Notes under the pieces: model-generated
What the model saw: only the letters and a program-made list of their open reading frames with translations
Told to the model about the DNA's origin: nothing
The model's database searches: none
Shown: one piece after another, positions 1 through 7,627 of the stretch
How the letters are laid out: every line of letters begins with the position of its first letter
How positions within the stretch are numbered: position 1 is the stretch's first letter
Assembly: GCA_039794845.1 (NCBI GenBank)
Contig: JAUQVK010000035.1
Location: 1-64,000 of the forward strand
Length of the DNA stretch: 64,000 bases
From: Thermostichus sp. DRC_bins_24
GTDB lineage: Bacteria; Cyanobacteriota; Cyanobacteriia; Thermostichales; Thermostichaceae
Direction: 5' to 3'
Program-made: the position numbers and the translations under genes

Positions 1-2378
1 CTAGAACCAGGCACCGATTTCAGCACTTGCGCCCAAAGTTCCAGAACTTTTGGAGTAATTTTTGATGGATTGTTGCAACAGCCAAAAGTGATATACCCGT
101 TCCTTAACACAGGTGGATCAACAACTTCTGGAGCTGCTTCACTGGGCCTGTAACAGAGAAAACTATGTGGCATCCTGACTAATTTTTCGGTATGTAACCC
201 ATCAGTCATGTCTTCGGGATCAGCATAATTGTCTGTAATTCGATAGTCAACCACTGACATTCCCGTTGTATCAGGATACCCAATGTATGTGACTTGTACG
301 GGTGCTGCTCTTAAAGCCAATAGGTGCACTCTAGAACCTCCTGTATGTCCACCCAGATCTACCAGGATGTCTATTTGATCCTCACGAATCATCTCCGCAG
401 CTTTCTGATCAGGAATCTTTGCTATAGTACGCCAGCCCGTGGCAAGTTTCTCGATCTTCCTAGTAACATCATCTGGGCCTTCAACATTTGAATAGCAATA
501 AATAAGGAACTTTTCTTGGTCATGATTTTCGTAAATTCCCTCCATAAAGAAGTTGACAGAATGCTTTCGAAAGTCCCCTGATAAGTAGCCGATGCGGATT
601 GGCCGGTCAGGATTATTCTCGTTAGGGTATGGTAACCAGTATTGTCGATGTCTATGTTGGAAATTGAGTCCCCATCTTTGATGTTCTAGAAAAGTTTCTT
701 GTGGATCGAAGTCTTCCGAATAGTGCATTGACATAAGAATATTCGATGCTGCACTTGGAAGGCCCGGTGCAAGTTCACCTGCTTTGCGATAAGAGGCTAA
801 TGCCTCTTGCAAACGACACTGCTCCAGATAAGCTCCCCCCAAATTGAGGTGAGCCATTACAAAGTTTTCCTTCAGTCTTATGGCAGTTTGGTAACTGTCA
901 ATCGCCTCCTGCAAACGTGACTGCTTAACTAGCGCTAGCCCTCGGTAAAAATATGCATCTGGTAGCTTGGGATCAAGATTGATTGCCTCTTCTAGATGAG
1001 ATAACGAATCATCGATCTTATTTTGTCCATAGAGCATAGCGCCAATGTTGCAATAGGCCTCAGCCAAATTGGCATCCACCTCAATTGCTCTCTGGAAGTA
1101 TAGCTGCGCCTCATCTTCTTTCTGTAACATTTGATAAGCTCGGCCAAGGTTGTTGTAAGCCCTAGCGAAAGCTGGTTCTAGATCTATCACTTGCTTGAGT
1201 TTCTCTATAGCTGTTTCATACTGACCCAAATCTAGATGGTAACAAGCTAGGCTATGTAGATATTCTGGATTAGTAACATCTAAGTCACAAGCAATCTTCA
1301 GATGGAACCCCGCTCGATGTATTGACTTCTGAGTACGATACAGCAACCCAAGATTATGATGGGCCTCTGCATATTTCGGATCCAGTGCTATGGCCATTTG
1401 AAAGTAGTCAAGCGCACGATTGGATCCCTTGTATCCAGATAGCTGAGTATCTGTAGCGATGTTACTTTCTTCTGCCCCAATATTTGTCTTTACTTCTTCT
1501 CTAAGGCCCCGGCTGATTGCAGCACCGATGTTGTTGTAGGCACGAGGGTATGACTGACGATGCTGCAGAGCGAGATGATAACAACGGAGTTCCTTTTCTA
1601 GATTGTCTTGTTCTCCATAGACTCGTCCGAGATTTAGGTATGCCTCCGCATATTGAGGATTCAAATCAATTGCCTTTTCTAGTAAGACCTGTGCTTCTTC
1701 TAACCTGCCCATCTCTGCCATAAGCAGGCCAACTTGGTGAAAGACTATAGGCTGATCTGGAAATTCACTGATCAGAATCTTAGATTGGTTGATCGCTGTT
1801 TCTAGGCGCCCAGACTTTTGATACGCAGTAAGTAGATCGATGCGCATCTCTAATTTATCTGGAGAAAGCTTAACTGCACGCTCAAGGGCAGCAATAGCGC
1901 TGTTCCAGCTACCTTCATGAATGTATACTTTGCCAAGTTGATAATGAGCTTCTGAATAAGCTGGCTCTAAATCTATAACAACCAATAAGCTAGCCTGCGC
2001 TTCTTCAAAATTTCCAGTCTGCAAGCTGGCAAGAGCCAAGTTAAAGTGTGCCGAAACGTTGTCTGGAGCTAGCTTGGTTGCTATCTTATAATGCTCAATC
2101 GCTTTACTCCAATTTTGGCTGGCTTGATACGCGGCCCCTAAGTTTACATGAAATGAGGGTTGGTCAGGTCGATGAGCAATTGCTTTGGAAATAAAATCGA
2201 CTGCTTGTTGATGTTTTCCTTGTTGATAGGCAAGTATGCCCCGATAATGGAGGGTCTCAACGTGATCAGGGTCAATAGCCAGAACTCTTTGGTAGTAGTC
2301 TTCAGCTTCCTTCCACTTCCCTTCTTGGTGATGCTTTATGCCTTCTGAAAGTAGAAAGTTTATAGAAGAATCTGACAT
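1..2378 (-). CDS. TPR-repeat GT41 glycosyltransferase (SPINDLY/OGT-like O-GlcNAc/O-fucosyltransferase), runs off the left edge of the window
   Basis: Manual translation from ATG 2378: MSDSSINFLLSEGIKHHQEGKWKEAEDYYQRVLAIDPDH..., many TPRs (e.g. AFARAYNNLGRAY), then GT41 motifs RIGYLSGDFRKHSV, IDILVDLGGHTGG, APVQVTYIGYPDTTG and FGCCNNPSKIT. The start codon and the last codons (LWAQVLKSVPGS) share one frame. Absent from the ORF track because there is no stop in the window. Confidence 0.9.
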   Translation of the reverse strand, partial: MSDSSINFLLSEGIKHHQEGKWKEAEDYYQRVLAIDPDHVETLHYRGILAYQQGKHQQAVDFISKAIAHRPDQPSFHVNLGAAYQASQNWSKAIEHYKIATKLAPDNVSAHFNLALASLQTGNFEEAQASLLVVIDLEPAYSEAHYQLGKVYIHEGSWNSAIAALERAVKLSPDKLEMRIDLLTAYQKSGRLETAINQSKILISEFPDQPIVFHQVGLLMAEMGRLEEAQVLLEKAIDLNPQYAEAYLNLGRVYGEQDNLEKELRCYHLALQHRQSYPRAYNNIGAAISRGLREEVKTNIGAEESNIATDTQLSGYKGSNRALDYFQMAIALDPKYAEAHHNLGLLYRTQKSIHRAGFHLKIACDLDVTNPEYLHSLACYHLDLGQYETAIEKLKQVIDLEPAFARAYNNLGRAYQMLQKEDEAQLYFQRAIEVDANLAEAYCNIGAMLYGQNKIDDSLSHLEEAINLDPKLPDAYFYRGLALVKQSRLQEAIDSYQTAIRLKENFVMAHLNLGGAYLEQCRLQEALASYRKAGELAPGLPSAASNILMSMHYSEDFDPQETFLEHQRWGLNFQHRHRQYWLPYPNENNPDRPIRIGYLSGDFRKHSVNFFMEGIYENHDQEKFLIYCYSNVEGPDDVTRKIEKLATGWRTIAKIPDQKAAEMIREDQIDILVDLGGHTGGSRVHLLALRAAPVQVTYIGYPDTTGMSVVDYRITDNYADPEDMTDGLHTEKLVRMPHSFLCYRPSEAAPEVVDPPVLRNGYITFGCCNNPSKITPKVLELWAQVLKSVPGS

Positions 2379-2442
2379 TTTTTATTGGTCTTCCTGGTAC
2401 TCATCCAGTATAACTGAACGGATCTCAAAGTCTTTCGCTCAC

Positions 2443-2476
2443 AAAAAAGAGCAGGGATAATACATTACCCCTGCTC
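2443..2476 (-). terminator. Rho-independent terminator downstream of the lipoprotein gene
   Basis: GAGCAGGG...CCCTGCTC stem with an A6 run on the + strand, i.e. a U-tract on the - strand. Confidence 0.7.
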
Positions 2477-2530
2477 AAACCTAGACCAAAGCCCTCAAGA
2501 TGAGGATATAGAACTGTGTTAGCGACTCAC

Positions 2531-4237
2531 CTAGCGAGGAATGGTGAAGGTCACATCCAGGCGAGGGGCGCTAGAGGTGGTAAGTGGCTCAGGAGCACCT
2601 CTGTCGAACTCAGCACGGCAAACACCGTCAGAGCCCTGACTGACCTCAAAGCCAGCGGTCACAGTGGTAGTGGTCACACCAATAGGAGCCGTCACCGTGA
2701 TGATCGCTGTCTCAGTGACAACACCAATGCTGGTAGCAGTCTGAGTGCCAGGGGCAGTGGCAGTTACACTGACAGTGACATCAGCTTCAGCACTGGCCGT
2801 TACAGTGACAACAGGGCCAAGGGTAAAAGTACCAGTCTCAGTGACCAGTACAGTCGCCGTACCAGCCGCTGAGCCCGTAGCTACTGCAGTGAAACCGTCA
2901 ACCGCGACCGTACCGCTGAAGGTACCCGAGAAGGTAAAGCTTACGGAGCCGGTCTCAGTAATGCTAACCACAGCAGGCACGGTGCCACTGATGGTGCCGG
3001 AACCAGTTAGCGTAACTGCCTGAGTCTGAGTTTCAACAACGATGGCCGTCTGGGTAACAATGCCGGTAGCAGTTGCAGAGGCAGTACCAGTTGCCGTAGC
3101 TCCACCTGTTGCGGTAGCAGCCCAAACTGGGAAGGCTTGGTTGTTGAACACTTCACGAGCACACTGCAAGCGCACCTGATAGAAGCGGCTGCCAGAAACA
3201 GAACGCTGCACACCAGGGGCAACATCGGCAGTACGCGGCCCGGCAGAGACATCCCCACCCAACACGTTGCCGTTGATGCTCAAGGCAATGAAGCTGGGGG
3301 TTGAAGCCGGAGCAAAGAAATCGGTAGAGACAATGTTGTTGGGCGCGCCCAAGGTCACTTCTTGGAACACCACGTTGTTGGCCGGAACGTTGCTCGGCGT
3401 GGGATCCAGGAAGAAGAAACCAAGACCAATGTCACCAAACCCAGGGATGAAAGCCGAGTCATTCGAGGGCAACTGCACCAAGGTAAGCTGGGCAGTTTGC
3501 ACCACCGCGTTGGATGGAATCGAGCTCGGGATGGGGAAGGAAAGAATGGCACGGTAGTCGGTGTAAACGCCCACCGGAACATTTTCCGCCGGGCTGGCGC
3601 GGCGAATACCGTAGCCAACAGGGATCGCCCTTGGACTAGAGAAGATCTGACCGTTCGGGGTCACCGCAGCCAGTTGGGTAGCCAAGAAGCTGATCGGCCC
3701 ACCAGGAACAGCAACGTTACCGGTGGTGAAGGTGGCAACAAAGTTCTCCGCCAAGCCCAAACCAGAAGCAAACAGATTCGGCACCGTGCTGGAGATGGTA
3801 ACCCGGTACACCGCATCGTTGGTCAGCGGAGTGGCGAAGGTGATGGTGGCCTGAGTTCTGTCATCGTTGAAGGTGACGGTGCGGCTGGGCACAACACCCT
3901 GCTGGGGAGCAATGGAGGTGATGCTCAGAGCGGTGTTGAAAGGCCCTTCGTTAACCGGCTCGCTAAAGCGAATAACAATAGAAGTGGTGGTAGCAACGTT
4001 GGTCGAGCCATCCGTCGGAGAGAAGAAAATAACGCTGCCCGTTGGAGCCGGGGGAGGTGGCGGCGGAGCTGGGGGAGCTGGCGGCGGAGCCGGGGGCGGA
4101 GGTGGAGGCAGGGGCACCACGCTGGAAGAGCTGTCTTCGCTACAGCCGGCCAAAATAATCGGTAGCATCACCACCGCAGATGCCAGCGACAGAGACCCAA
4201 GTGACTTCATCAGCCACTTATATGTTTTTCCGTTCAT
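2531..4237 (-). CDS. Surface lipoprotein: poly-Pro linker, Ig-like (Big_5/SbsA-type) domain, DNRLRE/CBM96-like domain with a long Thr-rich insert
   Basis: Lipobox ILAG-C, PPPPPPPAPPP linker, Big_5-like SPTDGSTNVATTTSIVIRFSEPV...YRVTI...FTTG, DNRLRE-like RAILSFPIPSSIPSNAVVQTAQLTL and C-terminal APRLDVTF. Confidence 0.75.
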   Translation of the reverse strand: MNGKTYKWLMKSLGSLSLASAVVMLPIILAGCSEDSSSSVVPLPPPPPPAPPPAPPAPPPPPPAPTGSVIFFSPTDGSTNVATTTSIVIRFSEPVNEGPFNTALSITSIAPQQGVVPSRTVTFNDDRTQATITFATPLTNDAVYRVTISSTVPNLFASGLGLAENFVATFTTGNVAVPGGPISFLATQLAAVTPNGQIFSSPRAIPVGYGIRRASPAENVPVGVYTDYRAILSFPIPSSIPSNAVVQTAQLTLVQLPSNDSAFIPGFGDIGLGFFFLDPTPSNVPANNVVFQEVTLGAPNNIVSTDFFAPASTPSFIALSINGNVLGGDVSAGPRTADVAPGVQRSVSGSRFYQVRLQCAREVFNNQAFPVWAATATGGATATGTASATATGIVTQTAIVVETQTQAVTLTGSGTISGTVPAVVSITETGSVSFTFSGTFSGTVAVDGFTAVATGSAAGTATVLVTETGTFTLGPVVTVTASAEADVTVSVTATAPGTQTATSIGVVTETAIITVTAPIGVTTTTVTAGFEVSQGSDGVCRAEFDRGAPEPLTTSSAPRLDVTFTIPR

Positions 4238-4530
4238 TCTTTCTCCTCTTTACCAAAAAGTAGGGTTCGGCTGAACACTTCCCTTAACTTACCCGATCAA
4301 CCTCCCTAAGGCAACTGAAAGCCATAGAAGATAGCCACTCGGGCGGGAGACGCATACACGCCTGTGTCAGCGGTTGCTCTGGTTACTCCGTAAATCATAC
4401 AGGCAGATCCGGCCGGTTTGACAAGTGCCGCCGTTTTTTTCTGGATCGTTGGGGGATCCAACCTCAAGTCCGAAAGCTTGCCCGATGATCCTGATGATGT
4501 TGAACGGCGAGAAGGTCGCCATGGCTAAAC

Positions 4531-4790
4531 TCAACCTGTAGCGTCTTGTAGAAATTGCCCCGCTTGGGCTAGGGAAATCTCCAGCAGTTCGGCAATTTGG
4601 ACGGGATCCTGACCCTTGCGATGCAGGCGCTGCACAGGCCGCAGCTCAGCTTCGATGCCCTACTGGATACCTTCTTGTCGGCCAACGGCCACGAGGTCTT
4701 GGTGGAAGTGGGTTTTTTTGAATGGTTCGGGAATGATCAACATGGCTTGGATCTCCTCCCGGCTGAATTTGCCGAGCAAAATGCCGCCGA
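4531..4790 (-). pseudogene. C-terminal remnant of an Rpn-family (recombination-promoting nuclease/putative transposase, DUF2887-like) gene
   Basis: Minus-strand frame reads ILLGKFSREEIQAML...KKTHFHQDLVAVGRQEGIQ*GIEAELRPVQRLHRKGQDPVQIAELLEISLAQ...TG*. This is a typical Rpn tail (EGRQEG repeat plus HTH-like 'QIAELLEIS') with an in-frame TAG at 4660-4662 and no nuclease domain. Confidence 0.7.
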
Positions 4791-4849
4791 TGCCCAAGGG
4801 CTGAGAGAGCCGCAGCAAGTCGTCAGCATGAACCGAGGAAGCCACTCAA

Positions 4850-5104
4850 GTGCCAGAGAGGCTGATGGCGCTCTCGGACAGACAAGACCTCGCTCTAGAA
4901 GAGATGCGCCGGTATCGGGCAGAAGCTGACCAAAGGTTTCATGTCTTGCTTGAGAAAGTGCGCTACCTCATTCGTAGGCAAATCGCAGGAGCCACCACTA
5001 GAAACTTAGAAACTCGGCCGGGAACTTTTGTTGGTAGGGGAAAATTGTCTGCCCTCTGGCCGTTTCAATCTTCATCTATTTCCCATTCCAGCAGGTGCGC
5101 ATAG
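4850..5104 (+). pseudogene. Fragment of a small cyanobacterial coiled-coil hypothetical protein
   Basis: EEMRRYRAEADQRFHVLLEKVRYLIRR resembles the C-termini of small cyanobacterial coiled-coil proteins. It has no convincing start and a read-through tail. Confidence 0.3.
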
Positions 5105-5313
5105 GGAGCTACCAGACTGGGAGAGTAAAAGGCGATGGCTCGCAGAGCATGCCAGTCTTCCAAACAGCCAAAGACGGTCGGGTAATCGTTCCGTTCCAAC
5201 CGCTCTGCAATGGCCGCCACATCAGATTCGGTAAACCGGCGGGGATCCGCCCCCATAACCGGGGCTTCGGCTAACACCCCCGCGTCGTTTCGAGAATGGG
5301 ATCGAGCAGACAT
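5065..5313 (-). CDS. DUF2555 family protein
   Basis: Conserved cyanobacterial motif VAAIAERLERNDYPTVFGCLEDWHALRAIAF...PYAHLL. Start codon uncertain. Confidence 0.8.
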   Translation of the reverse strand: MSARSHSRNDAGVLAEAPVMGADPRRFTESDVAAIAERLERNDYPTVFGCLEDWHALRAIAFYSPSLVAPYAHLLEWEIDED

Positions 5314-5425
5314 AGGCAGCCTGAACACGCTACAAGCCGATCTTAACTTCTGAACCCGAAAGGCTCGCGCTTAAGAAGTAGATTTGTACAGGTTCTACAT
5401 ACAGCTGGCTCGAAACGACCCTTAC

Positions 5426-5776
5426 CTAGCGCAAGATTTCAAAATCCAGAACAGGCTCCGTTTGGGTGACCCGGTAATATCCCGCCTGGGTACGAACCGA
5501 GGCTTGATAAGGACTGGGTAAATCCAGAGACCGCAGGGGTGGGGCACTGGTGCGCTGATTCAGCAGGGTGGTGAAGTAAGCGGTGGTCTGTCGAGCTTGG
5601 GAACGCACCACCTCTTCGGGGTAAACGACCGGGTCAACATCCCTGCCCGTATCCAGCAGGATCGCATCCAGGGCATTCCCCACAGGATGAGAAGGATAGG
5701 TAATCTGAGCAAAAGCAGATCTCAGTGGGATCCCAGCCGACAGACAGCCCAGGGCAATTGCCAACATAAGACGCAT
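5426..5776 (-). CDS. Small secreted hypothetical protein (cyanobacterial)
   Basis: Signal peptide ending AFA-Q, GAGG RBS upstream of the ATG, C-terminal PLRSLDLPSPY motif. Confidence 0.7.
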   Translation of the reverse strand: MRLMLAIALGCLSAGIPLRSAFAQITYPSHPVGNALDAILLDTGRDVDPVVYPEEVVRSQARQTTAYFTTLLNQRTSAPPLRSLDLPSPYQASVRTQAGYYRVTQTEPVLDFEILR

Positions 5777-6024
5777 GTGTTGTGATTCCTCTTGCGCGAC
5801 AGCTCGTTCCTCAACACCAGAAAAAGGGGAGATTTCGATAGCGCTAATCAGCCCTTATCTCCGAAAAACATATTTTGACCCTTGACCGACAGCTGAAGCC
5901 GATTCTACTCGAAACAACCAAATCGGCAAGGGTTTCAGGTGGATACGACTGATATGACAACCGATATGACAAAAGATCCCACCGCCGACTAGGATCTGGA
6001 TGCTCCTGTTGGGATCCCTCGCCT

Positions 6025-7461
6025 GTGACTGTTTGTGTTCGCATCGCCCCTAGCCCGACCGGCAATTTGCACATCGGCACCGCTCGGACGGCGGTGTTCA
6101 ACTGGCTGTATGCCCATCGTCACGGTGGCAAATTTGTTTTGCGCATCGAAGATACCGACCGTGACCGCTCCTTGCCTCGGTATACCCGCAACATCCTGGC
6201 GGGGCTGGCTTGGTTAGGGCTGGACTGGGATGAAGGGCCGATTTATCAATCCCGCCGTATCGAACGGTATCAAGCGGTGGTGCAACAGCTTTTGGATCAA
6301 GGGTTGGCCTACCGTTGCTACGTTAGTGAGGCAGAACTGGAGGAGATGCGCACTGCTCAAAAAGCCGCCGGTAAGGCTCCTCGCTATGACAATCGCCACC
6401 GCTACCTCACGGAAGAGCAACGACAAGCCTACGAAGCCGAGGGGCGGCAACCGGTGATCCGCTTCAAAATCGAGGAGCCTCTGGAGGTCTCTTGGGTGGA
6501 TCTAATCCGGGGGCAGATCACCTGGAATACCCAAGATTTGGGAGGGGATATGGTGATCGCCCGAGCGGATGGTTACCCACTTTACAACCTGGCGGTGGTG
6601 GTGGATGACATCGATATGAAAATTACCCATGTGATTCGCGGTGAAGATCACATCGGCAATACTCCCAAGCAAATTTTGCTCTATCGTGCCCTTGGTCACC
6701 AACCACCCCAGTTTGCCCACTCTCCTTTAATTTTGAACCCGGAAGGCAAGAAGCTCTCTAAGCGGGATGGAGCCACCTCTGTGGCGGAGTTTCAACAGAT
6801 GGGCTTCTTGCCGGAAGCCCTGAAGAACTATTTGGCCCTGCTCAGTTGGTCGCCCCCCGATGGGGAGGAGATTTTCTCGGTTGAGAAGGCCGCCACCCTC
6901 TTTGATTTCGACCGGGTCACTCGTTCGGCGGCCCGCTTCGACTGGGATAAGCTGAACTGGATTAACAGCCAGTACATCAAACAGCTCTCGGCGGCAGAGT
7001 TGGTGGAGCGGCTCAGCCCCTTTTGGCAAGCAGCAGGGTTGGATCTAACCACGGTGCCGGATCCCACTTGGCTAGAAGACTTGGCCCGCCTAATTGCCGA
7101 TGGCATTGACCGCCTGACGGATGCCCCACCGCTAAGTCGGTTTTTGCTGCAGGATCCCCTCAGCTACACGGTGCCGGCCCTAGAACAACTGCGGCTCCCT
7201 GGGGTGGCTGAGGCCATGGCTGCCATGGCAGAAATCCTAGCCAGTGCCGATCTGCCCGAGATTTCGGTGGACAGCCTGAAACCGCTGGTGGATCAGGTGG
7301 CCAAAGCCCAGGGGATGAAAAAGGGCGTGCTGATGAAAAGTCTGCGGGCGGCCCTAACGGGAGATTTGCAGGGGCCAGACTTGATGGAATCGTTTGTGCT
7401 GCTGCAGCGGCGGGGTTGGGCCTTGGGGCGGCTAGAGATGGTGCAAAAGCTGGTCTCTTAA
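6025..7461 (+). CDS. gltX: Glutamate--tRNA ligase
   Basis: RIAPSPTGNLHIGT (HIGH motif), LRIEDTD, HVIRGEDH, KLSKR (KMSKS motif). Confidence 0.97.
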   Translation: MTVCVRIAPSPTGNLHIGTARTAVFNWLYAHRHGGKFVLRIEDTDRDRSLPRYTRNILAGLAWLGLDWDEGPIYQSRRIERYQAVVQQLLDQGLAYRCYVSEAELEEMRTAQKAAGKAPRYDNRHRYLTEEQRQAYEAEGRQPVIRFKIEEPLEVSWVDLIRGQITWNTQDLGGDMVIARADGYPLYNLAVVVDDIDMKITHVIRGEDHIGNTPKQILLYRALGHQPPQFAHSPLILNPEGKKLSKRDGATSVAEFQQMGFLPEALKNYLALLSWSPPDGEEIFSVEKAATLFDFDRVTRSAARFDWDKLNWINSQYIKQLSAAELVERLSPFWQAAGLDLTTVPDPTWLEDLARLIADGIDRLTDAPPLSRFLLQDPLSYTVPALEQLRLPGVAEAMAAMAEILASADLPEISVDSLKPLVDQVAKAQGMKKGVLMKSLRAALTGDLQGPDLMESFVLLQRRGWALGRLEMVQKLVS

Positions 7462-7627
7462 TGGGCTATCTGTTGAGTTCGAGACAGGTTGAGCTTGGAG
7501 TAGCAGCGGCTACTGTGCAGGAAGACACATGGGTCAGAAGGGATCTCTTTTATGATTGAGCCAATAGGGCGTGTTCTCTCGCTGGCTCAGCCTTGGCCAC
7601 CATCCTTGAGCTGGGTGCTTTGTTGCT

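Noticed and set aside
1517..2348. Short + strand ORFs listed in the track
   Set aside because: They lie antisense to the continuous TPR-GT41 frame.
2655..3120. Ice-binding or ice-nucleation TxT solenoid
   Set aside because: No fixed-length repeat unit; mirror symmetry about one turn fits a hairpin better, and the host appears thermophilic.
5378..5403. NtcA or LexA site near DUF2555
   Set aside because: GTA...TAC spacings are 6, 7 or 11 nt rather than 8, and the LexA spacing does not fit.
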